Source: Raillietiella orientalis (lineage: Eukaryota). From it: a stretch of 64,000 nt of DNA. The notes beneath the pieces were generated by a model. That model worked only from the letters and a program-made list of their open reading frames with translations. It did no database searches and was not told where the DNA came from. The translations under genes and the position numbers were made by a program. The stretch lies in the NCBI GenBank assembly GCA_036172245.1, contig JAYWIR010000133.1, forward strand, positions 1 to 64,000. The letters run 5' to 3'. Positions 1 through 11,740 of this stretch are shown one piece after another (the stretch's first letter is position 1; every line of letters begins with the position of its first letter).

Positions 1-535
1 AGTCATGTGGACCACCACGGAGCGGTCCATAGATACTGGCAGGATCTTGCGGCCGTCTACGTTCAGCGGCGCATGGATAAGGCGGTGAGCCAAGGTGACA
101 TCTTTGCAGACCACCTCGACCCGCTGGCTGCCGCTGAGGACGGAGAGGCCGTCCAGATCCTTCTCTGTGACATTCGCGTCCTTCAACGCTTTGCTGAAGG
201 CGCGTGCTGTCCGGCCGTCGAACAAGCATCCTACCTGGTTGACAAGCGATGGCTGGTACCCGGAGGCCTTGTATGCGGCCATCTCCGCCATGGCTTCTGC
301 GCTGGGCGCGGCCACCATGGCGCTCCATGTCCTCGGCGTGGCCGGGGATGATTCCGGGGCGGCTGCCCCTGCTCCAGTAGGCTGTGGGGGCGAACTAGCC
401 TCCCCCACTCCCACCTCCATCGCGGTGTCCTCTGGCGTCGTGACCATTGGACACCGACGATGTACACAAAACACCACACAGAAGAAAAAGCGCTTTCCTA
501 CTACTCTTTGTGGAGTGAAGGAAAAACACGTCCTC
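1..535 (-). mobile_element. Non-LTR retrotransposon family M, 5' end and ORF1 N-terminus (copy M1, runs off the window)
   Basis: GGACGTGTT motif at 533-525 and ATG at 447 (MVTTPEDTAMEVG...). Roughly 90% similar by eye to 14123-14660. Confidence 0.85.
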
Positions 536-1976
536 CTACTGGCCGCGGAGGGGGCTGGCTGCAACGATGCAGCCAGCTCCTCCGCCGCACGCTCGAAGGC
601 GGCGTCGTCGATCACGGACTTGATGACGGACGCTTCCGCCGGTTCGCTCCCCACGCTGTTGACATTTTCAACAATGAGTTGCTCGTCGGCAGCAGCGATT
701 TCTACCTTGCGGCGTTCGGCGAAGACGCGTTCCACGACGACGCTCCATTCTTTTAAATTCTCGCTTACCTGCTGTTTCTTATTTTGGTAGGCGAGCTTTT
801 TTTCGATTCGTCGTTCTTTCTTAGTCTTTTTTTTCTTTTTCGCTGTGACTTCTTGCCATTCCAACACCTGACCGCTTTTGTCAATCTTTTCGGCATTCGT
901 TGCCGGGGTGTCGGCTGAGGCCTGGACCACGAGAGTCAGTGGCACAGCTTGAGCGGCAGCCTTCGCCGCCAGTTTTTTCTGAAGCAGCCGCGCGCGTTTT
1001 TTTAGTTCCTCGCGGAAAGCACGCGCACAGCGGATTGTGGACACACTTCCTTCGTGTGGCCCATTGTCTCCCATACAAGGCACTGTACGTTGGGGCACCT
1101 ACTTTTGAGGTGTCCCGACGTGTTGCAGAAGCCACAGTATTTGCGCTTCTCCACGTACCAGAGGTCGACGCTTTCTCCGCCGACCACCAGTTTGTGGGGA
1201 AGGGTAGAGCCCTCTTGAACGGTTACACGTGCAGCCGTGAAACCACACGGAACTGTGGTATAGTTTTCAAAAGGACTAGGCTTGGTCTATACTGCATGGA
1301 CCGTGCCTTCTTTTTTCAACGCAACGCGTAACTGTTCTTTCCGCATCCGCGCGTCAACTCCTGAAAGGTGTACCACCATACTGTGGTCGGCCGTAACGGG
1401 AAGGAGCCTGCGTGTCCCCATTACCTCGGGGGTTTTAAGAAGAATTCGGCCAGATCTGCATGTTCGCAGATCACCTCTACGTACTGCCCCCCGCTACGAA
1501 TGGTCATAGTGCAGAGCTCCTCTTCTTTAACATCGAGAGCGCGCATCCACCTTCGAAAAGGCGCGCGCACTCTCAGCAGAATACAAATTTCCTACCTTGT
1601 AGAATAGTGATGGTTTATACCCCTCTTCCACATAGGTAGATAATTCCGCCCCGGCTGCAGGCGATGGCGCCGACATGACGGCGCTCCACGCCCGCGCTGC
1701 AGCGGGGACCGGTTTTGTGGGGGCGGACGCCCCCACCTCCTTCGCCACTGTAGACGACGTTGCCGCCGGCCCCTGGCACTCCACCTTCTCTAGAGGCGAC
1801 GTTGCCGCCGCCACCTGGCACTCCATTTCTTCAGGAAGCGACGTTGCCACCTGCCCTTGACACGTACTGGTGGTCGCGTCAGGCATTGCTGCCTGATCGA
1901 CCACCACCACACACGAAGCCTACACCTAGGGACGGTTCCCGGCACGAGGAGCACCGAGGAAACACGTCCGCTCTAG
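536..1976 (-). mobile_element. Family P 5' end and frameshifted ORF1 (copy P1), gag-like with paired zinc knuckles
   Basis: ctagagcGGACGTGTT 5' end at 1976-1961, ATG at 1886 (MPDATT), CGFCNTSGHLKSRC knuckle near 1140-1095. Homologous to 5322-6038. Confidence 0.85.
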
Positions 1977-4088
1977 CCGACGTAAAGCTTTCGACTGCGA
2001 CGCCCAGAATCTCTTGCTGGAGCTTTTCGAACGCTTGTGCTTCTCTGCCTCATTATTGGCCTATCTGCGCTCTAGCTGGCGCGATTCGCAAATCAATGTA
2101 ACTTTCAGCGGGCATACTGTTCACGGCGTGCCGGTGCGACGTGGGATCCTTCAAGGAGACAGCCTGAGCCCCTTGCTCTTCAGTAAATACTTTGAGTTGG
2201 TACTGAGAGCGTACAGGGAAACTCTGGCGCACCTGCCGCATGAATGCACCGGAACGCCTGCGGTATCAGCATATACGGACGACTTCCTGCTGCTGCTCCC
2301 TATGTCCACCCTGGCTTCGGCGGTCGAGAAGTTCTTCGACCTGCTGAATCGAGGAACCGGGCTTACGGTGAACAGGGCGAAGTCGTCCGCGATACCAGTT
2401 GGAGCGGCGTGGGCAGGGCAGCAGGACTGGGTCCGTTTGGGGATCCCCAGGGTGAGGTACTTCAAGTACCTTCTTGTGCCGTTGGGGGACTACTCCTCGG
2501 CGGAAGCGTGGTCCTGCTGCCTTCAACAAGTAGAGACGGCGATAGACCCGTTCCGTGGCGGCAGGTTTTTCCTGCCAGAGCGGGCCGCGGCTTGGAACAC
2601 GTTCGCGGCTCCTCTCCTTCGCCTCCTGCTTTTTGTTTGCCCCCCAACAGAAAGGATTAAAAAGCGGACAAAGGACCTCCTCCGTATTGTCCTTTGGGGC
2701 AAAGGGAGGGCCCGAGTCCGCTTAAAGGACTTGTGCGCTCCTCGTCCGGACGGTGGTCCGGGCCTCCTGACGCTGGAGCGGCTGGTGCTTCAGCTCCAGT
2801 TCCGAATGTCGGCACTTGTTCGAGAGTTGTGGTGCACCTGTTGGTGCGTCCCTGCACGTCTCCTTCTCCAGCAAGCCACCGGCAAGATGGGACTGACGTC
2901 GTTTCTTGCACTCCGTCGCCGCGTTAACGGATGCGGACTTCATCTACGGAGGGTGGCTGCGCTGTCACGGAAAAACCCAGGATTGGTCACCTGTCGCCCT
3001 TTGAACGGTAGTGCCTGGTTGCAGGAAACCGTTCGAACGTGGGGACAGATGGGCATGCAACGCTCCCAACAGAAACGAAGGTTCCTGATTGGGGGTTACA
3101 GGAGTTGCACGCTCCGCGAGATCCTGGAGGATCCAAAGAAGAGAGCGTGGGCAGGAAGAATCCCCCTCGCTGCTGCGCTGCCCTCTCTGATGGAAGATCT
3201 GGATAGCGATGTTGCGGCGAAGTGGGAAGTTATAGTAACAATCTCCGGAAAGGAGAAGAAGATAAAAGAGTGGAAGGCGGGCCAGTTAAAAGGTGCTGCG
3301 ACCCCGAGTACGCCTCCCAATGGACTTCTACGCTGGAGCGCGCTGCTCGACTTTCCCATTGAACGTCTGAAGTGGCCCCCGGTACTAAGGAACACCTTCA
3401 CCCTCCCCTTAAAATGGCAGGAGTCGGCATTCCTGTTGCAGCACTGGGGGCTCCCCTGCAACGCCCGCCGACACCACTGGACCTGGGGAGCGGTGGACCC
3501 CAATTGGGTCAGGTGTGGGGAACGGGATTGCCTCCCGCACCTGCTAGTGGATTGTGTTACCCTTCGGCCCCTTTGGTTTCGCTTTGCCGCAACCATCGGA
3601 ATCCCCTGCGGCAACCCCTGGGACGTACTGAAAGCCCTCTTCGTTGCCGACGCCCTTTAGCAAGCGGCCTCGTTAGCAGCCCTGTGCTGCGTTCGCGGGT
3701 TCGTCGCCGCCTAGAGCAAGGCTACGGGAAGACCACACGACCAGGGTGCCATCCAGCCATCCTCCCAGGTCCTGAAGAGGGCGTCTTGATGACCCCACAT
3801 GGATAAAGGAATACAGAAGGAGCTTGTTGGCATCCTGAAAAGGATGCAAGGATCCCACCAGCAACTGTGATCCCTTCCCGTACCCTCCCAGTTTTTTCTT
3901 TTCTTTTGGTTTGCTTTTTTGTTTTTACCCCTTTCCCCTGCTGCCGTAGTGTACCGTATCGGTGTGCGAACCGGTGACCCTGCAGGGTCTGTGTTTCTTC
4001 GTGCGTGGCTGGAGCAATGGTCCAGCCACTGCACGTCTCTGTAAATGTTTATTTTAGAATAAACGCCCCGGCGAAATCCGGGTGAAAA
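1977..4088 (+). mobile_element. L1/Tx1-like element A: RT from the KAFD motif to the C-terminus, 3' UTR and 3' terminus
   Basis: RKAFD at 1981-1995, ILQGDSLSPLLF, YTDD, FKYL, and C-terminal CGERDCLPHLLVDC (ORF 2014-3660). T-rich UTR, then AATAAA (4058), a cccgg/ccggg hairpin and gaaaa. Confidence 0.9.
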
Positions 4089-5321
4089 TCGAATGCTTTG
4101 CGCAAGTCGACAGCTACCGCAGGGGATCCCTCTCCCCCCCGACCATCCCAACTCCCAGCGACGGACGCAAAGCAATTCCGGCTGCTCAATAAGCTCTTTT
4201 GCAACCGCCCCCTTGAAAAAGGGGACGGTTGTGAAGAAAATATCCTGGTGCTTTGCCCAGCCATACAACGGTTCCTGCCGCCAGGCTTCAAAGTTCGTTG
4301 GGCGGCAGGAGATCCATTTCTGGGCTGCCTGAAGCCGGTAAAGCGGTTTCAAAGGGAAACAAAAACTTGTCGTGGGGCGCACCTTAAGCGGACGCAGCGA
4401 CAGAAGTCCGTCGCTATCAGTGCAGCGCCGCAGGAGCAGGCGCGCAGGAGCGCACCACGGAGTGGACCAAAGGTTGGCGCACAGGGCCAACATCCGAAGC
4501 TGCACCTGCAGCTCGTTTCTCATCAGCGTCAGGATGCCTAAGTTAGCATCCCCACGCGGATCCGCCAAGCATTTCAGGCTGATCCTGGACCTCGCAGGAC
4601 CTAACACAGCGTTCCTAAACAGGCTGTGCGCCTGTAGCTTTGCCGAGTAGAAGGGCGAGCATTCAAAAGGCAGGAAGCTCGAGAGGGGGCAACGAAGGTG
4701 TACCATATCGCGGACCGCTCCGACAGGAGGAAGCTGCCATGCTAGAACGGGCTCAGCGCATTCGTAGCCTTCCGAAGGCAGTACGATCACACTTTCACTG
4801 GGCTGATGTTCCCCAGCGGAACGCCCAGATATCCGGTTGACAAAGCGGTCGGGATCCCTAGGCGGATCCAGTCGAACTGCCCCTCCCACGCCGCACAAAT
4901 AGGTACAACCAAGCTCTTGTTCCAGTTTACGCTCATGCCCGCTCCCCGGTAGATCAGCTCGCAGAAATCCTGGAGACTGGACGCCGGGGTGGTCATGGGT
5001 AAAACGAGAAGCAGGTCGTCAGCATAGGCCGCCACGGACGGCGTTCCTGGACAAAGGCTCGGCAGGTTGGCCAGCGTAAGCCTGTACGCCCTCAGCCCAA
5101 ACTCAAAGAAGATGCTGAAGAGCGACGGGATTAAACTGTCGCCTTGCCTGATGCCCCGCCGCACCGGCACGCCGTAGACGTGTCAGCCACTGAAAGAGAT
5201 GGAAATGAGCGTGTGGCGCCAACAAGCGCGCAAATAGGCTACGAGGTGCACCAGGAGACCGACGCGTTACAGAAGCTCCAAGAGGAGATCCTGATTTACG
5301 CAGACAAACGCCTAGTGCGCT
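4089..5321 (-). mobile_element. Decayed RT fragment B (KAFD-equivalent onward) plus a short upstream RT remnant ending in AVAVDLRKAFD (4089-4145)
   Basis: H*AFVCVNQDLLLELL from 5317, IRQGDSLIPSLF, AAYADDLLL, GYLGVPLG. ORF 4049-4291 shows PAVAVDLRKAFD. Confidence 0.85.
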
Positions 5322-6038
5322 CTAGGGCGGACGTGTTTTCTTGGTGGTCCTTGTGCCAGAAAGTCTGCCCAGTGCAAAAGCGTCGTGTGGTTCGGTGGTC
5401 GATCAGGCAGCGATGCCTGACGCGACCACCAGGGATGGCCAGGGGGCAGCGGCAACGCCTCCCCCAGAGGCAATGGAGAGCCAGGGGGCGGAGGTAACTT
5501 CGCCCTCAGAGGCGATGGAGGTGGGGGCATCCGCCCCCACAGAATCGGTCCCCGCTGCAGCGCGGGCGGGCTGCACTCTTCCCCACAAACTGGTGGTCGA
5601 AGGCGAAACCGTCGACCTCTGGTATGTGGGGAAGCCGAAATGCTGTGGCTTCTGCAATACGTCGGGCCACATCAATAAGAGGTGTCCCAATGTTCACTGC
5701 CAAGTATGCGGCACAATTACGCACACGAGGGAGATGTGCTCTAAAGCAGCAGTGCGGGTGCTTTTTAAGAGAAACCTCAAAAAACGCGCCCAGCTTCTAC
5801 AGAAAAGGCTGGCGGCGAAAGCTGCCGCGAAGGCTGTGCCAACCGCTCACAAGGCTCAGGCTGCATTCGATACCCCGGCGAACAACGCCGAAGAAGTCCA
5901 GGGAACTAGCCAGGAGCCTGTGTGACAGGTAACAACAGCCAAAACAACAAAAAAGGAAAGAAGATTAGAGAAAATGCTCGCGTACCGCCGGAAAAAACAA
6001 CAGGCAAACGAGCAAGTAAAAGAATGCAGCGTTGTCGT
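5322..6038 (+). mobile_element. Family P 5' end and ORF1 (copy P2, internally deleted near 5570)
   Basis: ctagggcGGACGTGTT at 5322-5337, ATG at 5413 (MPDATT), CGFCNTSGHINKRC and CQVCGTITHTREMC knuckles. Confidence 0.85.
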
Positions 6039-7345
6039 TTATTACCCGGTTGCGCCGGGACGTTTATTTTTAATATCCATTGGGAACTGTGTTCCCAGGC
6101 AAGGGGAACAGAAAATAGGGAGTAGTTTTCCCGGAACGCAGCCCGGGTACACTGAGAGTTCGGAACGGGAAAGGGTGGGACAATTAATAAATAAATTGGG
6201 TAGGAGGGCGGGGATAGGGGTATACAGTCTAACCGTTCCTGTTCTGAGAACCGGCGGTGAATGACGCCGATCTCCGTCCTTCTGCTCGCAGATGTGGCCA
6301 CCCGGCAGCCATTTGCAGGTTGCAGGCTGCGGTGTCGACGACCGATGTTTGGACTGTTCGCATCTACAATAAGTGGCAAGACCTGACAATGGCGCGGACG
6401 TAGCAAATGATGACGACGACTGCTCCAAGAGAAAGTCCGCCACGCGTGTAGAAGCGGCGCATACAATCGAGTGCGGTGTGTCCGAGGTGCAGGAGAGCTG
6501 AAGACAGCCGCTGCCACAGATCCTAGAGGGCATCGCACTCAAACAGCAAATCCGGGAGTGATTCCAACGCTACGCATTGGGCACAGTTCGGGGAAGCAGC
6601 TCCTTCGAAAATCAGGTGCTCTTGCTGGTTGCAGTACAAACTTCAATGTACCAGCAGAAAAGCGTCCTGTTTCCACCGAAGGGGGAAGGGACTCGCTTCC
6701 AAACACGCAGAAGGGACCACAAGTTCATCGGTGGGCACTTCGAGCAGCGCACTCCACCGGAGAAGTCCCTTGGCACGAAGGCGAGGTGTGGCAGCGTCTG
6801 CCACTTCGCAAGTCGGCCAGCCGCCCAGCAGTCGGGTTTCGCCTGCGATTTCGCAAGTGATCTCCCACCTCGCCTGCAGGTCACTGTCATCTCGCACCAT
6901 CAGTGCATACAGTGCCTCGGCGTTTGGCGTAGCGGCTAGGCGTTTCCACAGGTCCTGGTTTCCCAGCACCTCCCCTACTGGACAGTATGGGGAAAGTTTC
7001 ACGCAACGGAGTTCCATACGGGACACATCCTGTTGCGCTGCCCAGGACGATAAGGCTTCCTGTCTTCAGGCGCTGAAGTTCGTCGTCCGGCAGGAGATCC
7101 ACTCATGGTTTCCCAGAAGCGTGGCGAGCTGCTTCAAAGGGAAGCCGAATCCTATCTAGGCGCGCTCCGTGCGCAGATGCAACGAACGTAGTCCGTCGCC
7201 ACCCGTACAGCGCCGGAGCAGCAGCCGCGCTGGAGCACATCAGGGAGTAGTTCAGAGCTGCACACAAAGTGCCAGCATGCGGAACTGCACCAGCAGTCCG
7301 ATCCGCTCCAACGTCAGGATGCCCAATCCTGCATCCCCCCGAGGA
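6039..7345 (-). mobile_element. 3' part of an L1/Tx1-like element (ORF2 C-terminus, UTR, 3' terminus), probably the 3' end of element Z
   Basis: KGLLRWSALL...FPLRWKQDAFLLVH is homologous to 10950-11080. The minus strand ends AATAAAcgtcccggcgcaaccgggtaataa at 6068-6039. Confidence 0.8.
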
Positions 7346-7349
7346 GCCT

Positions 7350-10300
7350 CCAAGTCGACGCGAAGGAAGACGGCTGGATGCAGGTGAGAAAGTTCATTAG
7401 AAAGAAACCATCAAGGTCTTCGCAGCTCTATGTGAAGGTGAGTGGGCGAAAGAAACCCGCGAAACCTTCCCAGAAAAAGATTGCGATTCTTTCCTCCTGC
7501 GCAGTCGTCCTCTCGCGGTTGGAGCGGGAAGCTGCTGCTGCGGCTAAAAGGACGAAAGTCCCAGCCGCAGTTGCAGAAAGCGCTAGGAAACAGGCAGCGA
7601 ACGATTTCCTTAATTCCGGGAAACAGCAGCAGCGCCTGGCAAGCCCTTGACTGTCGGATTCTGATCCAGAGTCCGACAGAAAGAGCACACAGCGCGACAA
7701 CCGCCCGAAACCGCGCAATCGCCTCCCAAAGACCCGCAAGCGCGTGGTTGCCGGGGAGGAACTGCTGCTGGGCAGCAAAGAGGAGGAAAAGGACCTCACC
7801 TCTGAGCTACCGGCAACAAGCAGCGCGGCTTCGAATGAAGATGTCCAGTCTCCGAGATCGACCGCTCTGTTTCGTGACCACTCGCCGGACAAGGCGAGAA
7901 ATCTGTGCTCACCTTATCAGCCTTAATGCAGGAAGTCGCCTCTTTTCGTCGATTCAGCGTAGCCTGTTGGAACGTCAATGGGCTGCGCAGGGACGGAAAG
8001 AGGCGCGACGTGTCAGACACCCTGCGACATTTCGATTTGGCGATCCTTCAGGAGATGCATTACATCTCCGATGGGGAGGTTGCAGAAATCTAACAGCGCG
8101 CGGGTGGCATTCTGTACTGGCGAGAAGGTTCTGCACAATCGCGCGGAGTCGGTTTTCTCGCCAATAGTAGGATGGCGGGAGCGATGCCAGCGTTTGATTC
8201 GACCAGGAAGGGCGAATGGGCCAACTTGTACTCAGGTGGTCCGATTCAATCGACCTCGTCGTAACGAACGACTACGCGCCGAACGGCTTTCATTGCGTGT
8301 CGAAAGAATCGAGTTCTTCGACGTGCTGGAGAGCCAATGGCTCAGAAACTCCGAAGTCAGAGTGGCGCATCTCGTCGCAGGAGACTTCAACGTCCACCTT
8401 CTTTCCAACGAGACGCGGTCCCTGGCGGAACGGTCGCGGGTGGAAGAGGCATGCGCGTCGGTGCACGCGCCTAACTTGGAAGCCGGCGAGCCTGGACTGG
8501 AAAGGTGCGTGGATCACCTCTACCTCGATGAACACCTACTCTGGCGAGTGGGAAGGAGGGGCAGGGTGCCGTCCACGTTATGGGACCATGAGAGGCTGCA
8601 GTTCGAGCTACTCTTGATGGGCAAGGGACCTTCAAACAATGTTTGGAGGATGCCGGCGGATTGGCTGAGCCACCCGGAAGCGGCGGAGCATCTTCGCCAG
8701 TTCCTTCGCGGCTTTGCCATCCGGGAACTCGCAGACTGGGACCATCTTAAAAGATCGGTTCGCGAGTTTTGCAAACGGTTCCCCCTGCACCTGCTACCAC
8801 GCGGCTTCGGGGAAGGCGTGGCCAATAGCAGAGCATTTCTGCAGGCGCGCACCTTCTCGAGACGTGCGGAAGTCCGGCAACTCGCAGAGTACAAGGCGAG
8901 GGCCGAGCGCCAGGTCTGGCAGTCTGGAGCGGCTATTCTGCTCGACGACCAACGCCAGGAATGCACGGCTCCTGCCGAAGTGCGGCGAGCACTAAAGCGT
9001 CACTTCTCCATGCTCTACACTAATTCTTCGACGGAAAGAGTCCTCTCCGAACTACCTTTGCCGCGGGCTGCACATGGCATCGGCGAGGAGGAACGCGCTC
9101 GTCTCGACGAGCCCTTCACGTTGGAGGAAGTTTCTTGCGCCATCGCAGGACTCAAGAGACGGAAGACGCAAGTTGAGGACATACTGCCCGCGGAGTTCTA
9201 TCAGAGCTTCGCGGCGGAACTCGCCCCACTGGTTCTTAGAATCTCGACGCTGATGAGGGTGACGGGCGATGTCCCTTCTTCCTTCCGCTCAGCGACGGTG
9301 CGTCTTCTACCGAAAGGAGGGGATCTGCGCCAACTCAAGAACTGGCGTCCGATCACATTAGTGAATACGGACGTCAAGTTGTTTTCGAAGCTGTGGGTCA
9401 CGCGCTTAGGGAAAGTGGAGGAGTCCGTGGTAAGCCCGGAACAGTCTTACGCTGTACCGGGTAGATCCATGGATGCAAACCTTCTTTTCGCCCGCACCTG
9501 GTGGCAGCTTCAAGAGCGCGTTGCGGCGGTTACCCGAACAGCGGCAAGTCCTTCTGCCGACTGCATGCGCCAGTGCGGACGGACGGCAGAAAGGCCGGGA
9601 GCCTTGGCACTAGCAGTAGATTTGCACAAAGCATTCGACTGCGTAAACCAGGAACTCCTCTTGGAGCTCCTGGAGCGTCTTGGGCTTCCGAATCATCTTC
9701 TTCTGTACTTGCGCTCCTGCTGGCGCCACGCGATTATCAACTTGTATTTCAGTGGCTCCCGTGTGTACGGAGTGGCCGTGCGCAGAGGCATCAGACAGGG
9801 CGACAGCTTAAGCCCGTTGCTCTTCAGCATCTACTTTGAGTTGGTGCTAAAAGCGTACAGGCTGACGGTGGCCGTCCTGCCCAGCGCCTCTCCGTGCACT
9901 CCGTCCGCGGCAGCATACGCCGACGACCTTCTGCTTCTGTTGCCCATGTCTACTCCGCCGGACTCGGTCCAAGACTTCTTCGAGCTGATCCGTCGTGGAG
10001 CGGGCATGAGTGTTAACAGGGCGAAGTGCTCCGTCGTGCCGGTGGGTGCGTCGTGGGAGGGACGGGCCGACTGGATCCGCCTGGGGATCCCCACGGTCAG
10101 GTACTTCAAGTACCTTGGCGTACCGTTGGGTGATTTCTGCTCGTCTGAATCGTGGTCGGCCTGTCTTCAAAGGGCAGAGATGGCTCTAGGCCCGTTCCTG
10201 GAAGGCAAGTTCGTCTTGCCGGAAAGGGCGTGCATATGGAACACTTTCCCTACCCCCCTCTCCGCTTCTTATTTTTTGTTTGCCCGCCTCCCTATGTGGT

Positions 10301-11740
10301 TAAACTCCGGGCGCAGCGTCTCCTACGTAAAGTCTTGTGGGGCGCTGCGCGATCCAGGGTTCGCCTCAAAGATTTGGTGGCGCCATGCCAGGACGCAGGC
10401 CTGGGCATCCTGACCATCCAGAAGATTGGACTGCAAGTGCAGTTCCGGCTTCTATCCCTATGTGGGAAATTGTGGTATAGTCAATGGTGTGCTCGGGCTC
10501 GCCATATTCTCCAGCGATGTGTCGGCAGTGCAGGATTGCTTTCGTTGCTGCCGCGCAACCTTCGCCGGAGAACTGGATTTGGCTACCCACTGAGGCACTT
10601 GTCCTCGTTGCTGTTAGCCCATTCCTGGATTTCCTGCCGCCCCTCCAATTGGAATGCTTGGCAGCAGGAAGCTCTGGAGCACTGGACGTCCACTTTGGAT
10701 GTGCGCCCAGAGCCGCTGCGACCCTTACAGGGCCCTTTACGCAAACGGCTAGGAATGATGCTACAGGACTGGTCGCTTTGGTCCCGGATAGTCGTCTCAC
10801 CCATCGCCGCAGCGCTGTCTGCTCTCAGGGCAAACAACGACAGTAGCCAACCGGCAAGATGGGAGGTCTTCTGCAGCATTGCAGGAGTGAGAAGACTGCT
10901 AAACGGCTGCAGAACGAGCGTGTTGGTAGACGCTGCCACTCCTCGTTATCTGGCAAAGGGACTTCTTCGTTGGAGTGAGGTTCTTGGATTACTCCCCGAA
11001 GATCTCGTGGTCCCTTCCTTGTGTGTGGACAGCTCCGTGTTCCCGCTCCGATGGAAACAGGATGTTCTTTTTCTGCACTGAGGATTCCAGTGCAATAAGC
11101 GCAGTAACTTGGTTACAGGGGGAGTCGTCTACCCGAGGTTCCTCAGGTGCGAGGCGATAGAATCGCTTACGCACCTGCTCCTTGAGTGTAGTGACTTGCG
11201 GGAGTTATGGCGGAGACTTCCTTCGGCACTTCGTAGTCCTCAGGACACTGCCACAGACCTGCTTCGACGCTTCTTCAGCAAAGACGGACTGGATAAAGGC
11301 GCTGTTATCGCAACAATCTCTTGCATCCGCGCCATCGTGATTGCACGCCGTAAACTAGAAGGAAGCTCGCAGCGAACGGACGCCGCCAAAATAGCTGCGA
11401 ACTTTATGGAAGCAGCTGTCAGGTGGCCTCATCTGCCCAGAAAAGTCTCCAGGGAAGTCGCCATTGTCAAACACCGCTTCTAGAAAGATTAGGAACGTTT
11501 ACTACCAAGGATCCCTGAACCCAACCTCCACTGTTTTTTTTTTTTGTTTCTTTCCTTGTTTTGTTTATTCTGCATCCCTCTTCCTCCGTTCCTATCTTTT
11601 GGAAGGCACTCTGCGTGCCGGTGATCTCTCTGAACTGAGCTTACTGTATGGGCGTTTCTTGTGTCTCGAAAGGATAAATTTGCCTTCAAGATTGTGGTTC
11701 GCTTTAACAAAGAAACGTCCCGGCGCTACCGGTTTCAAAA
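7350..11740 (+). mobile_element. Element W: ORF1 tail, near full-length but disrupted ORF2 (APE endonuclease, RT, C-terminal Zn motif) and 3' end
   Basis: ORF2 ATG at 7926, ACWNVNGL, LQEMH, VAGDFN, DHERL, NWRPITLVNTDVKL, DLHKAFD (9619-9639), IRQGDSLSPLLF, YADD (9916), FKYLG, LRCEAIESLTHLLLEC. Stop at 8091 and several frameshifts. 3' hairpin at 11720-11732. Confidence 0.92.

Noticed and set aside
1500..5930. A simple inverted duplication or terminal inverted repeats around 2-5 kb
   Set aside because: The symmetry comes from two P copies in two different RT hosts, and the host sequences diverge too much to be arms of one repeat.
7978..10413. 811-aa ORF as an intact, active ORF2
   Set aside because: The true start is 7926. 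There is a stop at 8091 and frameshifts near both ends, so the N- and C-terminal parts of the listed ORF are out of frame.
1977..11740. RTs as bacterial retron, DGR or group II intron systems
   Set aside because: The APE domain, CCHC ORF1, AATAAA 3' ends and 5' truncations identify them as eukaryotic non-LTR retrotransposons.
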